Translations under genes and position numbers: made by a program
Shown: piece by piece, positions 26,967 to 39,735 of the stretch
How positions within the stretch are numbered: the first letter of the stretch is position 1
How the letters are laid out: each line of letters begins with the position of its first letter
DNA from: Eledone cirrhosa
Lineage: Eukaryota
Assembly (NCBI GenBank): GCA_964016885.1
Contig: OZ024764.1
Span: 17,856,001 to 17,920,000, forward strand
Length of the DNA stretch: 64,000 nucleotides
Direction: 5' to 3'
Notes under the pieces: model-generated
What the model was told of the DNA's origin: nothing
Seen by the model: the letters and a program-made list of their open reading frames with translations, nothing else
Databases searched by the model: none

Positions 26967-28650
26967 TCACCATCACTACCAACACCACCACTACCACCAA
27001 CACAACCAGCACCAACACAACCACCACCACCACCACCAACACCACCACTACCACCAACACAACCACCACCAACACAACCACCACCACCACCACCAACACC
27101 ACCACTACCAACACCACAACCACCACCAACACAACCACCACCAACACCACAACCACCACCACCACAACCACCAACACCACAACCACCACCAACACAACCA
27201 CCACCAACACAACCACCACCAACACCACAACCACCACCAACACAACCACTACCACCAACACCACCACCAACACCACAACCACCACTAACACAACCACTAC
27301 CACCAACACCACTACCACCAACACAACCACCACCAACACAACCACCACCAACACAACCACCACCAACACAACCACCACCAACACCACAACCACCACCAAC
27401 ACAACCACTACCACCAACACCACTACCACCAACACAACCACCACCAACACAACCACCACCACCACAACCACTACCACCAACACAACCACCACCAACACAA
27501 CCACTACCACCAACACAACCACCACCAACACCACAACCACCACCAACACAACCACTACCACCAACACCACAACCACCACCACCACAACCACCACCACCAA
27601 CACCACTACCACCAACACAACCACCACCACCAACACCACAACCACCACCAACACAACCACTACCACCAACACCACAACCACCACCACCACAACCACCACC
27701 ACCAACACCACTACCACCAACACAACCACCACCAACACAACCACCACCCAGTATTATACAACCAACATGCACCCCCCCCCCCTCTCCTCCGCCGGTCCAT
27801 CCCTCCACCACCACCCCACCAGACCTACCCGGGGCCACCCTACCCCCCAGTTCAGTTACAACAGCTGTAGTCCTACCCCTCACCACCAGCTATCAAGTGA
27901 CCAGTTTTATGTATGACCGGCTTTCTGCTGAATCATGACAACACTCTGAAGTGGTGGTCATGGCGTGGAATGGTGGTGATGGTTGTGGTGGTGGTGGTGG
28001 TGGTGTGAGCTGTGGTTGTTGTGGTGGTGGTGGTGCTGGTGGTAGTGGTGGTGGTAGTGGTGGTGGTGGTGGTGTGAGCTGTGGTTGTTGTTGTTGTGGT
28101 GGTGGTGGTGGTGGTGTGAGCTGTGGTTGTTGTTGTTGTGGTGGTGGTGGTGGTGGTGGTAGTGGTGGTGGTGTGAGCTGTGGTTGTTGTTGTTGTTGTT
28201 GTGGTGGTGGTGGTAGTGGTGGTGGTAGTGGTGGTGGTGTGAGCTGTGGTTGTTGTTGTTGTTGTTGTGGTGGTGGTTGTGGTGGTGGTAGTGGTGGTGG
28301 TGGTGGTGGTGGTGTGAGCTGTGGTTGTTGTTGTTGTTGTTGTGGTGGTGGTGGTAGTGGTGGTGGTAGTGGTGGTGGTGTGAGCTGTGGTTGTTGTTGT
28401 TGTTGTTGTGGTGGTGGTGGTGGTGGTGGTAGTGGTGGTGGTGTGAGCTGTGGTTGTTGTTGTTGTTGTTGTGGTGGTGGTGGTGGTGGTAGTGGTGGTG
28501 TGAGCTGTGGTTGTTGTTGTTGTTGTTGTGGTGGTGGTGGTGGTGGTAGTGGTGGTGGTGGTGGTAGTGGTGGTGGTGGTGGTGTGAGCTGTGGTTGTTG
28601 TGGTGGTGTAGTGGTGGTGGTGTTGTTGTTGTGGTGTTGTTGTTGTGGTG
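26967..28650. repeat. (CCA/CAA)-rich block and (GGT/TGT)-rich block in opposite orientation around about 220 bp of unique DNA
   Basis: 26967-27748 is C-rich and 27970-28650 is G-rich. Confidence 0.9.
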
Positions 28651-29008
28651 GGAGTGGAGGGTACTTTCTGGGGGGGTACATTGAGAATGTTGGAGGGGGA
28701 GATGCGGGGGCGGAATAGGATGTAAGATATTTAATATTGGGTGGGAGAGAGGGTGGTGTTGGTGCTGGGGTGTTTGTGTCTATATGTCTGTCTGTCTGTA
28801 TGTATGTGTGTATGTGTGTATGCATGTATGTATGTGTATGTATGTGTGTATATGTATGTATGTGTGTACATGTGTATGTGTGTATGTATGCCTATGTATG
28901 TATGTGTATTTATGTCTACTGTTTGTCTTATGTCGGTAACTTAGCGGTTTTACTGACAGAAACCGATAAAATGCATACCAATTACACTGACAGGCCTCAA
29001 TACGACCG

Positions 29009-29052
<44 letters not shown>

Positions 29053-29431
29053 CGATATATTAACAAATGGAAACTATATTTATAAAACCATATTTATTTC
29101 ATTATACATATTTCAAGGACACCAAGTTAAATTATGGTGTGCTTTCATCAGATAAAATATAATATAGAGCAGTTTTATAAATAAATATTGATATATAAAT
29201 ATTATATTAATAAATATTAAAGAATGCGATCATTTCTGTTGGAAGCTCCCGGAGCTTCCAACAGAAATGATCGCATTCTTTAAGGGTATGTCAATATTTA
29301 TTTATAAAACTGCTCTATATTATATTTTATCTGATGAAAGCACACCATAATTTAACTTGGTGTCCTTGAAATATGTATAATGAAATAAATATGGTTTTAT
29401 AAATACAGTTTCCATTTGTTAATATATATCG
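29053..29431. mobile_element. family B inverted pLTR palindrome with two opposed hammerheads
   Basis: Centre at 29250; motifs at 29097-29157 (-) and 29325-29385 (+); flanked by (TA)n. Confidence 0.78.
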
Positions 29432-29447
29432 TATATATATATATATA

Positions 29448-30034
29448 GTTGCTGAGATGCTGAAGGCATCTGGTTCGGTGGGACACACCATGGTCACCCG
29501 GATAGTTAACCAAGTCGTACAGAATGGGGTTGTTCCGAAGGACTGGCGTAAAAACCTACTACAGTCAGTAGGCATCTCTATCAAAACACCCCCCCCGTCC
29601 CACCACCTCCATCCCATCCACACCGCCCCTTTCAATGTAAAGTTATGTTGGTGCCACAACATCCAGGCCGAAACAAATGAGATCGTGTAGGTGTCACGAC
29701 AAAAAAACACACAGTCCACGCTGTAATGTGGCCGTGTAGGCAACACGGTAAAAACCTCCCAGCCCCACACTGTAAATGTGGTTGGTGTTAGGAAGGGCAT
29801 CCAGCTGTAGAAAACCCGCCAGACAGTCCACGCTGTAATGTGGCCGTGTAGGCAACACGGTAAAAACCTCCCAGCCCCACACTGTAAATGTGGTTGGTGT
29901 TAGGAAGGGCATCCAACTGTAGAAAACCCGCCAGCCAGTCCTATGCGAGCAAGACAACCACTCTTGCCTCAAGTGGGAAAACCCCCGTCCAAACCCATGC
30001 AAGCGTGGAACACGGACACTAAACCTGATGATGA

Positions 30035-30038
<4 letters not shown>
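29448..30038 (+). mobile_element. internally deleted RTE LINE
   Basis: VAEMLKASG...IVNQVVQNGVVPKDWRK (pre-RT region) fused directly to the 3' UTR seen at 57417-57790; about 110-bp internal duplication. Confidence 0.7.
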
Positions 30039-30082
<44 letters not shown>

Positions 30083-30319
30083 CTGATGAAAGACTTATGT
30101 CCGAAATGTCAAACTTTTTCTACTTCTTCCTAAGAGTGAAACTAATAAAACTTTGTGTTTTGCATTTTCTTGTCATTTCTCGAAAACTATATAAAGGTAA
30201 AATTCCGTTATAACGAATACCATTATAACAAACTTTTCAGTATGTGTGTGTATAGAGAGGGAGTGAGAGAGATAGTTGACTGTATAGAGAGAGGGTGGTG
30301 AGAGACGTGAAGAGCGTGG

Positions 30320-32340
30320 AGAGGTTGTGGGAGAATACATCAAGACTATAGAGAGGGTGTGAGAGAATACATCAAGACTATAGAGAGGGTGTGAGAGAAC
30401 ATATCAAGACTATAGAGAGGGTGTGGGAGAATACATCAAGACTATAGAGAGGGTGTGAGAGAATACATCAAGACTATAGAGAGGGTGTGGGAGAATACAT
30501 CAAGACTATAGAGAGGGGGGTGTGAGAGAATACATCAAGACTATAGAGAGGGTGTGGGAGAATACATCAAGACTATAGAGAGGGTATGAGAGAATGCATC
30601 AAGACTATAGAGAGGGTGTGGGAGAATGCATCAAGACTATAGAGAGGGTGTGAGAGAATACATCAAGACTATAGAGAGGGTGTGGGAGAATACATCAAGA
30701 CTATAGAGAGGGTGTGAGAGAATGCATCAAGACTATAGAGAGGGTGTGAGAGAATGCATCAAGACTATAGAGAGGGTGTGAGAGTATGCATCAAGACTAT
30801 AGAGAGGGTGTGAGAGAACATATCAAGACTATAGAGAGGGTGTGGGAGAATACATCAAGACTATAGAGAGGGTGTGAGAGAATGCATCAAGACTATAGAG
30901 AGGGTGTGAGAGAATGCATCAAGACTATAGAGAGGGTGTGAGAGAATGCATCAAGACTATAGAGAGGGTGTGAGAGTATGCATCAAGACTATAGAGAGGG
31001 TGTGAGAGAACATATCAAGACTATAGAGAGGGTGTGGGAGAATACATCAAGACTATAGAGAGGGTGTGAGAGAATGCATCAAGACTATAGAGAGGGTGTG
31101 AGAGAATGCATCAAGACTATAGAGAGGGTGTGAGAGAATGCATCAAGACTATAGAGAGGGTGTGAGAGTATGCATCAAGACTATAGAGAGGGTGTGAGAG
31201 AACATATCAAGACTATAGAGAGGGTGTGGGAGAATACATGAAGACTATAGAGAGGGTGTGAGAGAACATGTCAAGACTATAGAGAGGGTGTGAGAGACGT
31301 GAGGACAATATAGAGAAAATGAAAAGGACAGAAAGAGTGAGGGGGGAGAATAAGCGAGAGATACACGACCGTATAGAGAGAGTGAGGTGAGAGAGTAAGC
31401 GAGAGAGCTACAGACTGCATAGAGAGAGTGAAAACGACAGACAGGGGTTATGAAGAGAGTGAGATGAGAGATACTATATCGTATAGAGAGAGTAAGCGAG
31501 AGGTACAAGACCGTATAGAGAAAGTGGAAAAGACAGGAAAGGGTTTATAGAGAGGGATTATGAAGAGAGTGGGGTGAGAGAGTAAACGAGAGACACAAGG
31601 CCGTATAGAGAGAGTGAGAGAGAGACACAAGGCCGTATAGAGAGAGTGAGAGAGAGAGATACAAAACCGTATAGAGAGGGTGAGATGAGAGATACAAGAC
31701 AGTATAGAGAGAGTGAGAGAGAGTGAGTGACCGTATAGAGAGAGTGAGTGAGAGATATTAGACCGTATAGAGAGAGAGTGAGTGAGAGATACAAGACAGT
31801 ATAGAGAGAGTTTGGTGAGAGATACAAGACTGTATAGAGAGAGTGAAGTGAGAGAGTAAACGAGAGAAACAGAATACCGTATAGAGAGAGTGAAAACGAC
31901 AGACAGATGTTATAGAGAGAGTGAGGTGAGTGAGTAAGCGAGAGATACAATACAGTATATAGAGAGAGGGAAAAATACAGGAAAGGGCTATAGAGAGAGT
32001 AAAATGAGAGAGTAAGCGAAAGATACAAGACAGTATAGAGAGAAAGTGAAAACGACAGACAGATGTTATAGAGAGAGTAAAATGAGAGAGTAAGCGAGAG
32101 ATACAATAGAGTATAGAGAGAGAGTGAAAACGACAGACAGATGTTATAGAGAGAGTGATGTGAGAGAGTAAGCGAGAGATACAATACAGTATATAGAGAG
32201 AGGGAAAAAGACAGGAAGGGGCTATAGAGAGAGTAAACGAGAGATACAAGACAGTATAGAGAGAGAGTGTGAAAAGGACAGACAGATGTTATAAACAGTA
32301 AAATGAGAGAGTAAGCGAGAGATACAAGATAGTGTAGACA
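30320..32340. repeat. 32-bp minisatellite (about 30 copies, to about 31290) grading into degenerate GA-rich repeats
   Basis: Unit gagaatacatcaagactatagagagggtgtga. Confidence 0.93.
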
Positions 32341-32349
32341 GAGGGGTAG

Positions 32350-32475
32350 TAACCGGAAGTGGCTCTCGCATTAGATAGACAGAGACATAGAGTTAAAGAG
32401 AAAGAGTGAGAGAGAATGTTAGAGTGCGCGCGCGTGTGGATTATATTTTTTTTTTTTTGGTAATTGGCGGTTCCG
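32350..32475 (+). promoter_or_regulatory. putative YAF2 promoter
   Basis: ETS consensus ACCGGAAGTG at 32352-32361, CpG run TGCGCGCGCG at 32425-32434 and TTGGCGG at 32464-32470, all 240-360 bp upstream of the ATG in otherwise CpG-poor DNA. Confidence 0.5.
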
Positions 32476-32702
32476 CTGTGGTGTTGTGTGTTTTGTTTGT
32501 GTCAGAGAGTTATTTTATTAATATTATTACAATATTATCATCATATCTATATTATATTATCATTACTAGATCATTATTGTATAATATAGCTAATCATTAG
32601 TGCAATTATATGTCTTATATATTTATAATTAACCGTTAAAACCTCAGTGCATCTTGTCGCTGGTTTCTGTGAAAGTCAATCAAGACCACTCGACAATACA
32701 TA

Positions 32703-33400
32703 AAATCAATGGATGATAAGCGTGGGTCAAGTCGGTAAGTAAAAATGGTTTATATATTGTTTATATATTAATTAATTCCACTACATTATATCTTAGACTC
32801 CTTACACCTCGTTACGCCCTTTTTTTCTCCTAATTAATTGATCAATTCAATGTAATTATGGGTTCAATTCACTCCACTGCAAAGTCAATGGATGATAAGC
32901 ATGGGTCAAGCTGGTAAGTAAAAATGGTTTATATATAGTTTAAATATTAATTAATTCCACTACATTACACCCTTTTTTCTCCTAATTAACTGATCTAATT
33001 TGATTTAATTACGGGTTCGATACACCCCCACTGCAAAGTCAATTGATGATAAGCATGGGTCAAGTCGGTAAGTAAAAGTGATTTATATATTGGTTTACAG
33101 GTTCGATATTTACCTTAACTACATCACACCTCAGAACTTCTCACACCTAGTCGCCCTTTTTTTCTAATTAATTAATATAATCACGGTCTCGATTCATACC
33201 ACTGCCTCTTACATACCTCAGACATTCTCACTACCGTTTTCTCCTCTTTTTTTAATAATTAGTTAATTAATTAATTTGATTTCGGGTTCGATTCATACCT
33301 TAGCCAGTCTCTGATCCCTTTTTTAATATTTAATTTAATTTAATTACGGGTTCGGTTCGCTCCACTACCTCAAACACACCTCATACCCCATTATACTGAC
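32703..33400 (+). repeat. tandem triplication of YAF2 start exon plus donor plus intron start
   Basis: tcaATGGATGATAAGC.TGGGTCAAG..G|GTAAGTAAAA at 32709, 32888 and 33042 (ATG>ATT), followed by more decayed units. Confidence 0.9.
32709..32734 (+). CDS. YAF2: YAF2/RYBP first coding exon (MDDKRGSSR)
   Basis: ATG at 32709, 26 coding nt, donor CG|GTAAGT. Phase 2 joins in frame to the zinc-finger exon; comparable to the short MGDKKSPTR first exon of vertebrate YAF2. Confidence 0.85.
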
Positions 33401-33589
33401 CTCACAACCCTGTTTTTTTTATAATTAGTTATTTATTTAATCGATTATGAATTGGTGTTGGTGGTAGCCCTCGTCAGATTGATTGGTCTTCGATCTGTAT
33501 TCCTTCTCTTTCTCCTTCTTTGGCTTCGATCTATTTCTTCTCTGTGTTATGTAGTGTTGTATATATATATACACTAAACAACAAATATC

Positions 33590-33637
<48 letters not shown>

Positions 33638-36600
33638 GACGACGAACGATGAAATGTACATCACACCGGAAGATTCACACCTAATTAGTGATTAATTAAC
33701 TAAACTAAAATTATATAAACCAGGCTTATATATATATATATATACAAAATATATATATATATATATATATATATCCGTTTTACCGGCCCTTTTTTAAAAT
33801 CCCCATTCCAAAGTATATATATACACATACGTACATGGCTATAAACGCATATATATATATATATATATACATATATACACATATATATATATACACACAT
33901 TGTAATTAAGGTATGGATGGGTATTGTAAATACTAAAACACAAATATATTTACATTAATTTATTTACAATTGTGTATATAATTCTATACACACACGTATG
34001 TATATATATAATATACACACATTCTATGTATATATTTACAGTTGTAGTAATTATCATGCAGAGCTAGGACCTACTATATCTACACACATATATATATATA
34101 TACACATACATATACATACATATAATTCATTGTAGTAGCAGTTTTCAGTAATATAATTACACATCTACATATATATATATATACATAAATACACGTAAAT
34201 ATACACATATATACATGTATATGTGCATAATTGTCTAGTGTATATATTAACCAGATCGATATAATAATAGGGAGCTTTGAAATGACCCCCAAATCGATAG
34301 TTAATTGGTATAATTAGGTGCTTGATAAATATATATATATATACAGTGGAGCTATCACAAGCTGAGCCGTAGTTACGTATTTTATGGCTTGTCCTCTTTT
34401 ATAAATAGCTAAAGAGTTATATAGGTAGACGTCCGGTCATGGTGCCTTGCGGTGATTGATTGCGTCCCTTTAGATTCGAATTTTTTTTTTTACTTTTAGC
34501 TGTATGGTAGTATGGTGTGTGTAGTTCGACCTTAAGGCATTTAATTCTGTCTATAAACTGACAGAATCGATATAGTTCTGCTCTCGATTGCCATTGCTTT
34601 AGTACACTTGTACTTAAGATACAATTATATATGTGTATATATATAATTCATTAAGGCCAGCGATTATTATTATTTTTATTTATTTATTTACGGTCGTTTC
34701 AACGATATATAGATATGTGTAAGTCTGTATGTATGTATGTATGTATGAATTTGTATATACATACACACATATATATATATATATACACTCATATATGTGT
34801 ATATATATAATAGATTCTCCCGTCTATTTCGATGTAGGATACTTCAACAGCTAGGATGGGAGGGGGGGGGGGTTATGTCTTTTGTGAGACTTTAATATAT
34901 ATATATAGTGTTTGTGTGTGTGTATATATATAGTATTTGTGTATATATATATATGCAGAGATATCCACGGTAAGTTGGAAACGATCGTAAAGCAGTGAAG
35001 TATATCTCTAATGACTGGATTTTTTATTTCATTGTTTTAACTTATATATATATATATATATACTAATTGTGAGTATATATATATATAGTGTTTGTGTGTA
35101 TATATATATATATATATATAGTGTTTGTGTATATATATATATATATATATATATAGTGTATCTTCCTCTTCATGCTGAATCTGTTGTGCTGGCTCCATCA
35201 ACACAGCAGAGAACCTTGTGAACATTCTCCATTGAGGGCCAGGCCATGCTAAATCTTGTCCCATTCAAACAACATACCACTCGCCCACATAGACACACAA
35301 GCCCCTACTCATATCAGGAAAATATCACTGCACGTCACCACCCTTACACATCGACAACACGTAAATAAAGACTTCGCAATTGCTCCAAATAACCTCAGGA
35401 TCCCCTGTGGTGGACACATGTCCTAAATAAATATAGCTAGATCTTTGTTTAAAATAGGGTAATGACCGAAAGAATATGATCACGAATAAAAGTGTCCAAA
35501 ATGGGGTTCCTCTGAAGGATCTTTGAAGTAATATTATTTGGTAGAGTGTGTAGCTCGGAGATGAGAGAGTCACTCCCGGTAGAGCTGCTACTTCTCTGAA
35601 TTGAGAGATCACAGCTCTGATACTACAGACGTGGTTAGAATGTCTCAGGAAAGAATCTCTGGATTGAGAGATCACAGCTCTGATACTACAGACATGTGGT
35701 TAGAATGTCTCAGGAAAGAATCTCTGGATTGAGAGATCACAGCTCTGATACTACAGACATGTGGTTAGAATGTCTCAGGAAAGAATCTCTGAATTGAGAG
35801 ATCACAGCTCTGATACTACAGACATGTGGTTAGAATGTCTCAGGAAAGAATCTCTGGATTGAGAGATCACAGCTCTGATACTACAGACATGTGGTTAGAA
35901 TGTCTGAGGAAAGAATCTCTGAATAGAGAGATCACAGCTCTGATACTACAGACATGTGGTTAGAATGTCCAAGGAAAGAATCTCTGAATTAAGAGATCAC
36001 AGCTCTGATACTACAGACATGTGGTTAGAATGTCTCGGGGAAAGAATCTCTGAATTGAGAGATCACAGCTCTGATACTACAGACATGTGGTTAGAATGTC
36101 TCAGGAAAGAATCTCTGAATTGAAAGACCACAACTCTGATACTACAGACATGTGGTTAGAATGTCTCAGGAAAGAATCTCTGAATTGAGAGATCACAGCT
36201 CTGATACTACAGACATGTGGTTAGAATGTCTGAGGAAAGAATCTCTGAATTAAGAGATCACAGCTCTGATACTACAGACATGTGGTTAGAATGTCTCGGG
36301 GAAAGAATCTCTGAATTGAGAGATCACAGTTCTGATACTCCAGACATGTGGTTAGAATGTCTCAGGAAAGAATCTCTGAATTGAGAGATCACAGCTCTGA
36401 TACTACAGACATGTGGTTAGAATGTCTCAGGAAAGAATATCTGAATTGAGAGATCACAGCTCTGATACTACAGACATGTGGTTAGAATGTCTCAGGAAAG
36501 AATCTCTGAATTGAAAGACTACAGTTCTGATACTACAGACATGTGGTTAGAATGTCTGAGGAAAGAATCTCTGAATTGAGAGATCACAGCTTTGATACTA

Positions 36601-37774
36601 CAGACATGTGGTTAGAATGTCTGAGGAAAGAATCTCTGAATTGAAAGACCACAGTTCTGATACTACAGACATGTGGTTAGAATGTCTCAGGAAAGAATCT
36701 CTGAATTGAGAGATCACAGCTCTGATACTACAGACATGTGGTTAGAATGTCTCAGGAAAGAATCTCTGAAGGGTCGTGGGGACAGAGTCCTCAAACACTC
36801 TGTCCTGTCAGAATCAACCATCTCCAACTGATCCAGCTGGATCACCAAAGGAGAGACCAGCAAAATTCATGATTGTTATCCAACCATCTAGCTTAGGTTT
36901 TACACCTAGGTCCCCTGTCAGTTGCTTTTACCTGTAAAATCTGTTCAGCAATTCTTTCTTGAATCATTCTAACCACATACCCATAGTACCAGAGCTGGTA
37001 AGTTGACATTATCAAGCCATCGTTTTGGCTGCCGGCCTCTGCTTTTCTTACCAGCCAACCTTCCTTCCAGGAATATATAATACCTTTTGATCACCAACAG
37101 CAGAGTTTAAAGAGCAAAGGTCAAGTCCAGTCCATAGGTTGACATTATCAAGCCATAGTTTTGGCTGCCGCCCTCTGCTTCTCTTACCAGCCAACCTTCC
37201 TTCCAGGCATAACCTACTCACACCACAAGTTGATCTTTTTATATGACCGTATAGTTTGAGTACTCTTGACTTGATAATTGATGTAATTGGTCTAAGTTTG
37301 GTAATGTTGGGCAGCTCACTGATACAGGGCCTTACTAATATCTAAACCCTTTATATTTGCAGGTCTAAAAGGCATTCAAAGGCCCCTGACGAGGGCTATT
37401 GGGATTGCAGTGTGTGTACCTACCGGAACTCACCAGAGGCTTACAAATGCGAAATGTGTGACGTACGCAAAGGTACTTCAACAAGGTAAGTTGTAGTAGT
37501 AGTAGTAGTAGTGGTAGTGGTTGTTGTGGTGGTAGTGGTGGTGGTGATGATGATGGTGGTAGTGGTGGTGGTGGTTGTTGTAATGGTGGTGGTGGTGATG
37601 ATGGTGGTTGTTGTGGGGGTGGTTGTTGTAATGGTGGTGATGGTGGGGGTGGTGGTGGTGGTGGTGATGATGGTTGTTCTGGTAATGGTGGTGATGGTGT
37701 TTGTTGTAGTGGTGTGTGTATGTGTATACTTTGACATATATATATATGTGTGTGTGTATATATGTACATATATA

Positions 37775-37805
<31 letters not shown>

Positions 37806-39694
37806 GTGTATATATATATACATATATATGTGTGTGTATATATATATACATATATATGTGTGTGTATATATATATACATATATGTACATATATATGTGTG
37901 TGTATATATATACACATATGTGTGTGTATATATATACATATATATATGTGTGTGTATATATATATACATATATGTGTGTGTATATATATATACATATATG
38001 TGTGTGTATATATATATACATATATATATGTGTATATATATATACATATACATATATGTGTGTGTATATATATACACATGTGTGTGTGTATATATATATA
38101 CATATATGTGTGTGTATATATATATATATACATATATATGTGTGTGTGTATATATATACACATATATGTGTGTGTATATATGTACATATATATATGTGTG
38201 TGTGTGTGTGTATATATATATATACATATATGTATGTGTATATATATATATATGAGATAGGTTATGGTAAAAACCAGGTGGACCATAACCCACCAGAGTA
38301 CTCAATATTTGGGGTAGTAGAGTGGGTAATAGGAAAAGACCCCGACTGCTGAACTCCAGCCATTTCAACAGCTAGATCCGAGCTGGGATCTGGCCGTCAA
38401 AACAGCCGGAGCTCAGCCGTTGGGGTCCTGTGTGTGTGTATGTATATGAAAAAATTCAGGACATATATATGGAGGCACATGGCTTAGTGGTTAGAGCATT
38501 GGCCTTGCAATCGAAAGGTTGTGAGTTCAATTCTCAGACCGGGTGATGTGTTGTTTCCTTGAGCAAGACACTTTATTTCACATTGCTCTAGTTTACTCAG
38601 CTGTAGAAATGAGATGATAAGGACTGGGGTCCCTATCATTCCACTGCAAAGTGGTTGTGGAGGTGCCACGGCAACAAAGCACCCAGCACTCACTGTAAAT
38701 GAGGTTGGTGTTAGGAAGGGCATCCAGCTGTAGAAATCAAGCCAGGATCAGTTCCCGTCCCACCCTTGCAAGCAGGGAAAAGCGGACGTAAAATGAAATG
38801 ATGATGATGATATATATATATATATATTGGATTCTGTCGATCGATTGGTTATTGATTAGGCGATACCCGCTGATGAAGCCGCATAAGCCGATTGTGCATT
38901 GTTGCATAATATATGCAGAGAGATGATGCAGTGCACCTTACTGCTGCATTAGTGCGGCAGAAACTCGAGTCCGGGAACCTTATAGACACCCGTTTTACGT
39001 GTGTTGTGTTGAGGCAAATAACTGAGATACAACTGGTACTGGCATTGATAAATATGCTGGGTCCGTCAACCCTTATATATATATATATATACATACATAC
39101 ATATATCATCATTATCATCGTTCAACGTCTATCTTCCACGCTAGCATGGGTTAGACAGGAATTGTCCCACTTGAGACAAGATTGGTCGGGTGACCGTGTC
39201 TCGCTCGTATAGGACTGTCTGGCAGGTTTTCTACGGCTGGATGCTCTTCCTAACACCAACCACGTTTACAGGGTGGACTCGGAGCCTTTTTACCGTGTTA
39301 CCTACACAGCCACATTTACAGTGTGGACTGGGAGCTTTTTACTGTGTCACCTACACGATCTCATTAGTTTGGACTGGATGTTGTGGTACCAACATAACTT
39401 TATAGAGAAAGGGTGGTGTTGGTGTGAGTGGGTGGCACGTAGGGAAGGCGGGTCTTCTGTAAAATATTAAAATATTAGTGAATGTGAAAAAAGCAAATGG
39501 AGCTCAGTCTGGAATGAGAGGTGATATGTTTTGATAAAGAAGAATTTAGCACCCTTTATTTTAAACACTATCCTTAAGCTCATCCAAGCCCCTGAATACT
39601 AGGTCTCACATTTGATCCCTCTTATAATCTAGGAAAATGGTCAAAATTGAATCTTGAAACCTTAGGTAGCAGTTTTGTTCTTTGTATGAACATA

Positions 39695-39735
<41 letters not shown>

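Noticed and set aside
27951-28718. Gly/Cys-rich keratin-associated-like ORF
   Set aside because: Antisense reading of a CCA/CAA repeat with a non-ATG start in the track; no signal peptide or other support.
38471-38545. tRNA genes
   Set aside because: A/B boxes belong to SINE heads that continue into CORE-like and RTE-tail sequence; no complete cloverleaf seen.
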